Shown here: positions 61,801-64,000 of the stretch, in pieces
Numbering within the stretch: position 1 is the stretch's first letter
How the letters are laid out: each line of letters begins with the position of its first letter
DNA from: Mytilus trossulus
Lineage: Eukaryota
Length of the DNA stretch: 64,000 bases
Assembly: GCF_036588685.1 (NCBI RefSeq)
Contig: NC_086382.1
Coordinates: forward strand, 25,296,001 to 25,360,000
Direction: 5' to 3'
Made by a program: the position numbers and the translations under genes
Notes under the pieces: model-generated
What the model was told of the DNA's origin: nothing
The model's input: only the letters and a program-made list of their open reading frames with translations
Database searches by the model: none

Positions 61801-64000
61801 AGCATCTGGTTATATTTATACAATGACTTTGTTTCAAGAAATCTGGACTGTGAATGAAACCCAAAAGCGTAAAAATCGTGGAACACAGTGGTACAAAAAT
61901 CATAACTGGAATAAAGAAATTGAAACAAGCATGAACTTGTTAGAATGGTGACCGTATATTGAGTTCAGAAAGTTGACAAACATACGCATTTATAATTTAT
62001 TAATTTATAGCAAGCCCTTAGATTTAGCCATGCCTTTCGTTTTTTGTAGACAAACAGAAAACATCCTCTGTCCCAAATTGGCAATACCCACGATAGAGTC
62101 ATTAAACAACTTTATTTCATATCGGTTAAGAATAAGCTTCTCCTATTGAATAAAAAGAGGCCACATGACATTCATTATTCTTCAGTAATACATTCAATCG
62201 GTCATTAACAGAACAAACGGACCAGAAAACTGGTCGTTAACGAACTTTTGACATGATAATGACCGATGGGGCGTGGTTTCCGTCTGATAATGACCGTTGG
62301 AGCGTGGTTTCTCTGTTAATGACCAGTGGGGCGTGGCGTCTCTGTTAAGGGAGATGTCCCTTTTATAAAACATTTTCCTGTTTTCAATATTATATTTAAG
62401 TTGTTGAATTGTTTACTATATGTTTTCGTTAATTATAAAATTATAGAGAACTTGAATAAGTATTTATATACTGAAAAACAGCACTAAAAGAATGGCATTA
62501 TTACTACGACTGGTATTCACTCTTGCCATAGTGATAATATAACTACTCGAGTTTGCTTTAGGCATTTTGAATTAATGAGAATTTACCAAAACATGGTTTC
62601 TCAATGAAATAAACATTATAGTTTTTGAAAAACTGGTCATTATCATGATACAGGGACTGCCCATAGGACAGTGGTTTTAACTGCGACAGCGATAATGACC
62701 TCGCCTCTGGCTCAGTCATTATCACTATCTTAGTTAATACCACTGTCCTGTGGGCAATCCATATATCACGATAATGACCAGTTTTTCAAGAACTATTATA
62801 TAAATATGTTCAACATTGTAATTATATTTGCATATTAAGGACCAACCCTATTATTTCCACACTGTTTGAGTTTTCATTTTATTCTGTACTTATCATACTT
62901 GTGTTGCATACCAATGCATTTGCTTCATTTTACTAGGACAACAACAACTGAAGAGAGCATTTCTCCACGTTTCTGCTGTTTACTATAAAATAGGTTTCTA
63001 AGGCATCAATTACATGTAGAACAGTGGTTGCCAATCAGAGATATATATTAACGAATTTGAAAAAGCGTCACCAGCATATGGAGTATATGTGTCTCAATTG
63101 ATACGTTATTCTAGAGCTAGCTCAAAGTACGTTGATTTTGTTGAATACTGCTTTCTCAAAAGTTGCTAAGACAGGGCTATAAATCAATCAATTTAAGGTC
63201 ATCACTCAAGAAATTTTATGGTCGCCATTATGAGCTGATTTGCCATTATGACAAAAGTGTGTCAGAAATCATATCTGATATTCTTCCTCAGTCATAATAA
63301 CCTTCCATCATTTCTGAACTGAACAAAGAAATAACATGAAGGGTGCCGTATACGGTGCAGGAAATGCTTACCCTTCCTGATTTTTCCTGAGCACCTGATT
63401 TCATTCCAGGTTTTTAGTGGAGTTCGTGTTGTTTCTTATTTATTATTTGTATCTGTTGATGTAAATGTCTTTTGGTTTTATGAGTCTTTGTTTACTCCTT
63501 GGTTTTGATTGTTATTGTCTTATACACGATACCTTATGCATGTATTTACATGATATAAGCTTATTAATAAACTTGCATATATATATATGAATAACACATG
63601 ACAAGAAGGTTTCATATGAAATAAAATTTAAAAAATAAAATCCTCCCACCAGCCCCTTTTTTTTCAAAAATTTGGATGAAAATCTACTAATTAATTTTGG
63701 TTGGCCTAATCTCAAACAACTGTCCATTGTTTAAAAGTTGCAGTTTAAAAATTTAGTACAAGATCATTGTAGTTTGATACAATGAAGATGTAAATTATGT
63801 TGGAAATATAAATTGTTGTTAATCTATGTTAATAGAAAGAAATCATATTTACAATATATCAAATAATATAGATTTATATTTCTTTATAGGTTGTAGGGAA
63901 AGGAGCATTTGGAGTTGTCAGTAGAGCAAAATGGAGATCAAAAGATGTTGCTGTAAAACTTATAGAAACCGAATCAGAGAGGAAAGCTTTTATGACAGAG
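58863..64000 (+). CDS. MAP3K7: TAK1 / MAP kinase kinase kinase 7, 5' part; exons 58863-58916 and 63890 to beyond the window end
   Basis: [18 protein letters not shown]|[37 protein letters not shown] closely matches TAK1 kinase subdomains I-III; phase-0 GT-AG intron. Confidence 0.9.
59659..61810. mobile_element. Helentron-associated (HINE-like) element with internal tandem repeats and a duplicated end
   Basis: TTTATACGACCGCA...GTCGTATA hairpin plus (GTC)n tract at left; inverted TGCGGTCGTATAAA at ~61484 and ~61773; ~170-bp repeats at 59750-60370; 61243-61522 repeated at 61523-61810. Confidence 0.7.
63060..63430 (+). mobile_element. Penelope-like reverse transcriptase C-terminal remnant and associated 3' repeat
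   Basis: [25 protein letters not shown]...[11 protein letters not shown]...[19 protein letters not shown], with a frameshift; followed by the GCTTACCCTTCC..GAGCACCTGA repeat. Confidence 0.6.

Noticed and set aside
2966-63727. The many 60-130 aa ORF-track entries not listed as features (e.g. 9127-9504, 17199-17492, 20034-20342, 53552-53953)
   Set aside because: They fall in interspersed repeats, AT-rich introns or antisense to real exons, with no recognisable motifs or splice support

Overview
AT-rich animal genomic DNA with spliceosomal introns; the repeat families and gene content suggest a bivalve, probably a mytilid mussel (inference). From left to right: (1) two tandem minus-strand genes for small secreted 10-cysteine CS-alpha-beta/defensin-like peptides (70 and 64 aa), plus an orphan exon remnant of a third; (2) two tandem five-exon minus-strand genes for secreted ~280-aa proteins, each built from two domains I recognise as resembling bacterial VirK (Agrobacterium/Xanthomonas/Legionella type, PF06903), the most unusual feature here; (3) a 19-exon PAXBP1/GCFC-family gene on the minus strand (~825 aa); (4) the first two coding exons of a divergently transcribed TAK1/MAP3K7 gene. 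Introns and spacers are packed with mobile DNA: hammerhead-ribozyme retrozyme repeats (7 copies), a Penelope-like fragment with its own minimal hammerhead, a near-intact hAT element with a 5-bp TSD, a SINE whose TSD duplicates a PAXBP1 splice acceptor, and a multi-level LINE/LINE/SINE/Helitron nest. Gene models were assembled by hand from GT-AG boundaries and phase consistency. Family assignments come from recalled motifs and need HMM/BLAST confirmation.
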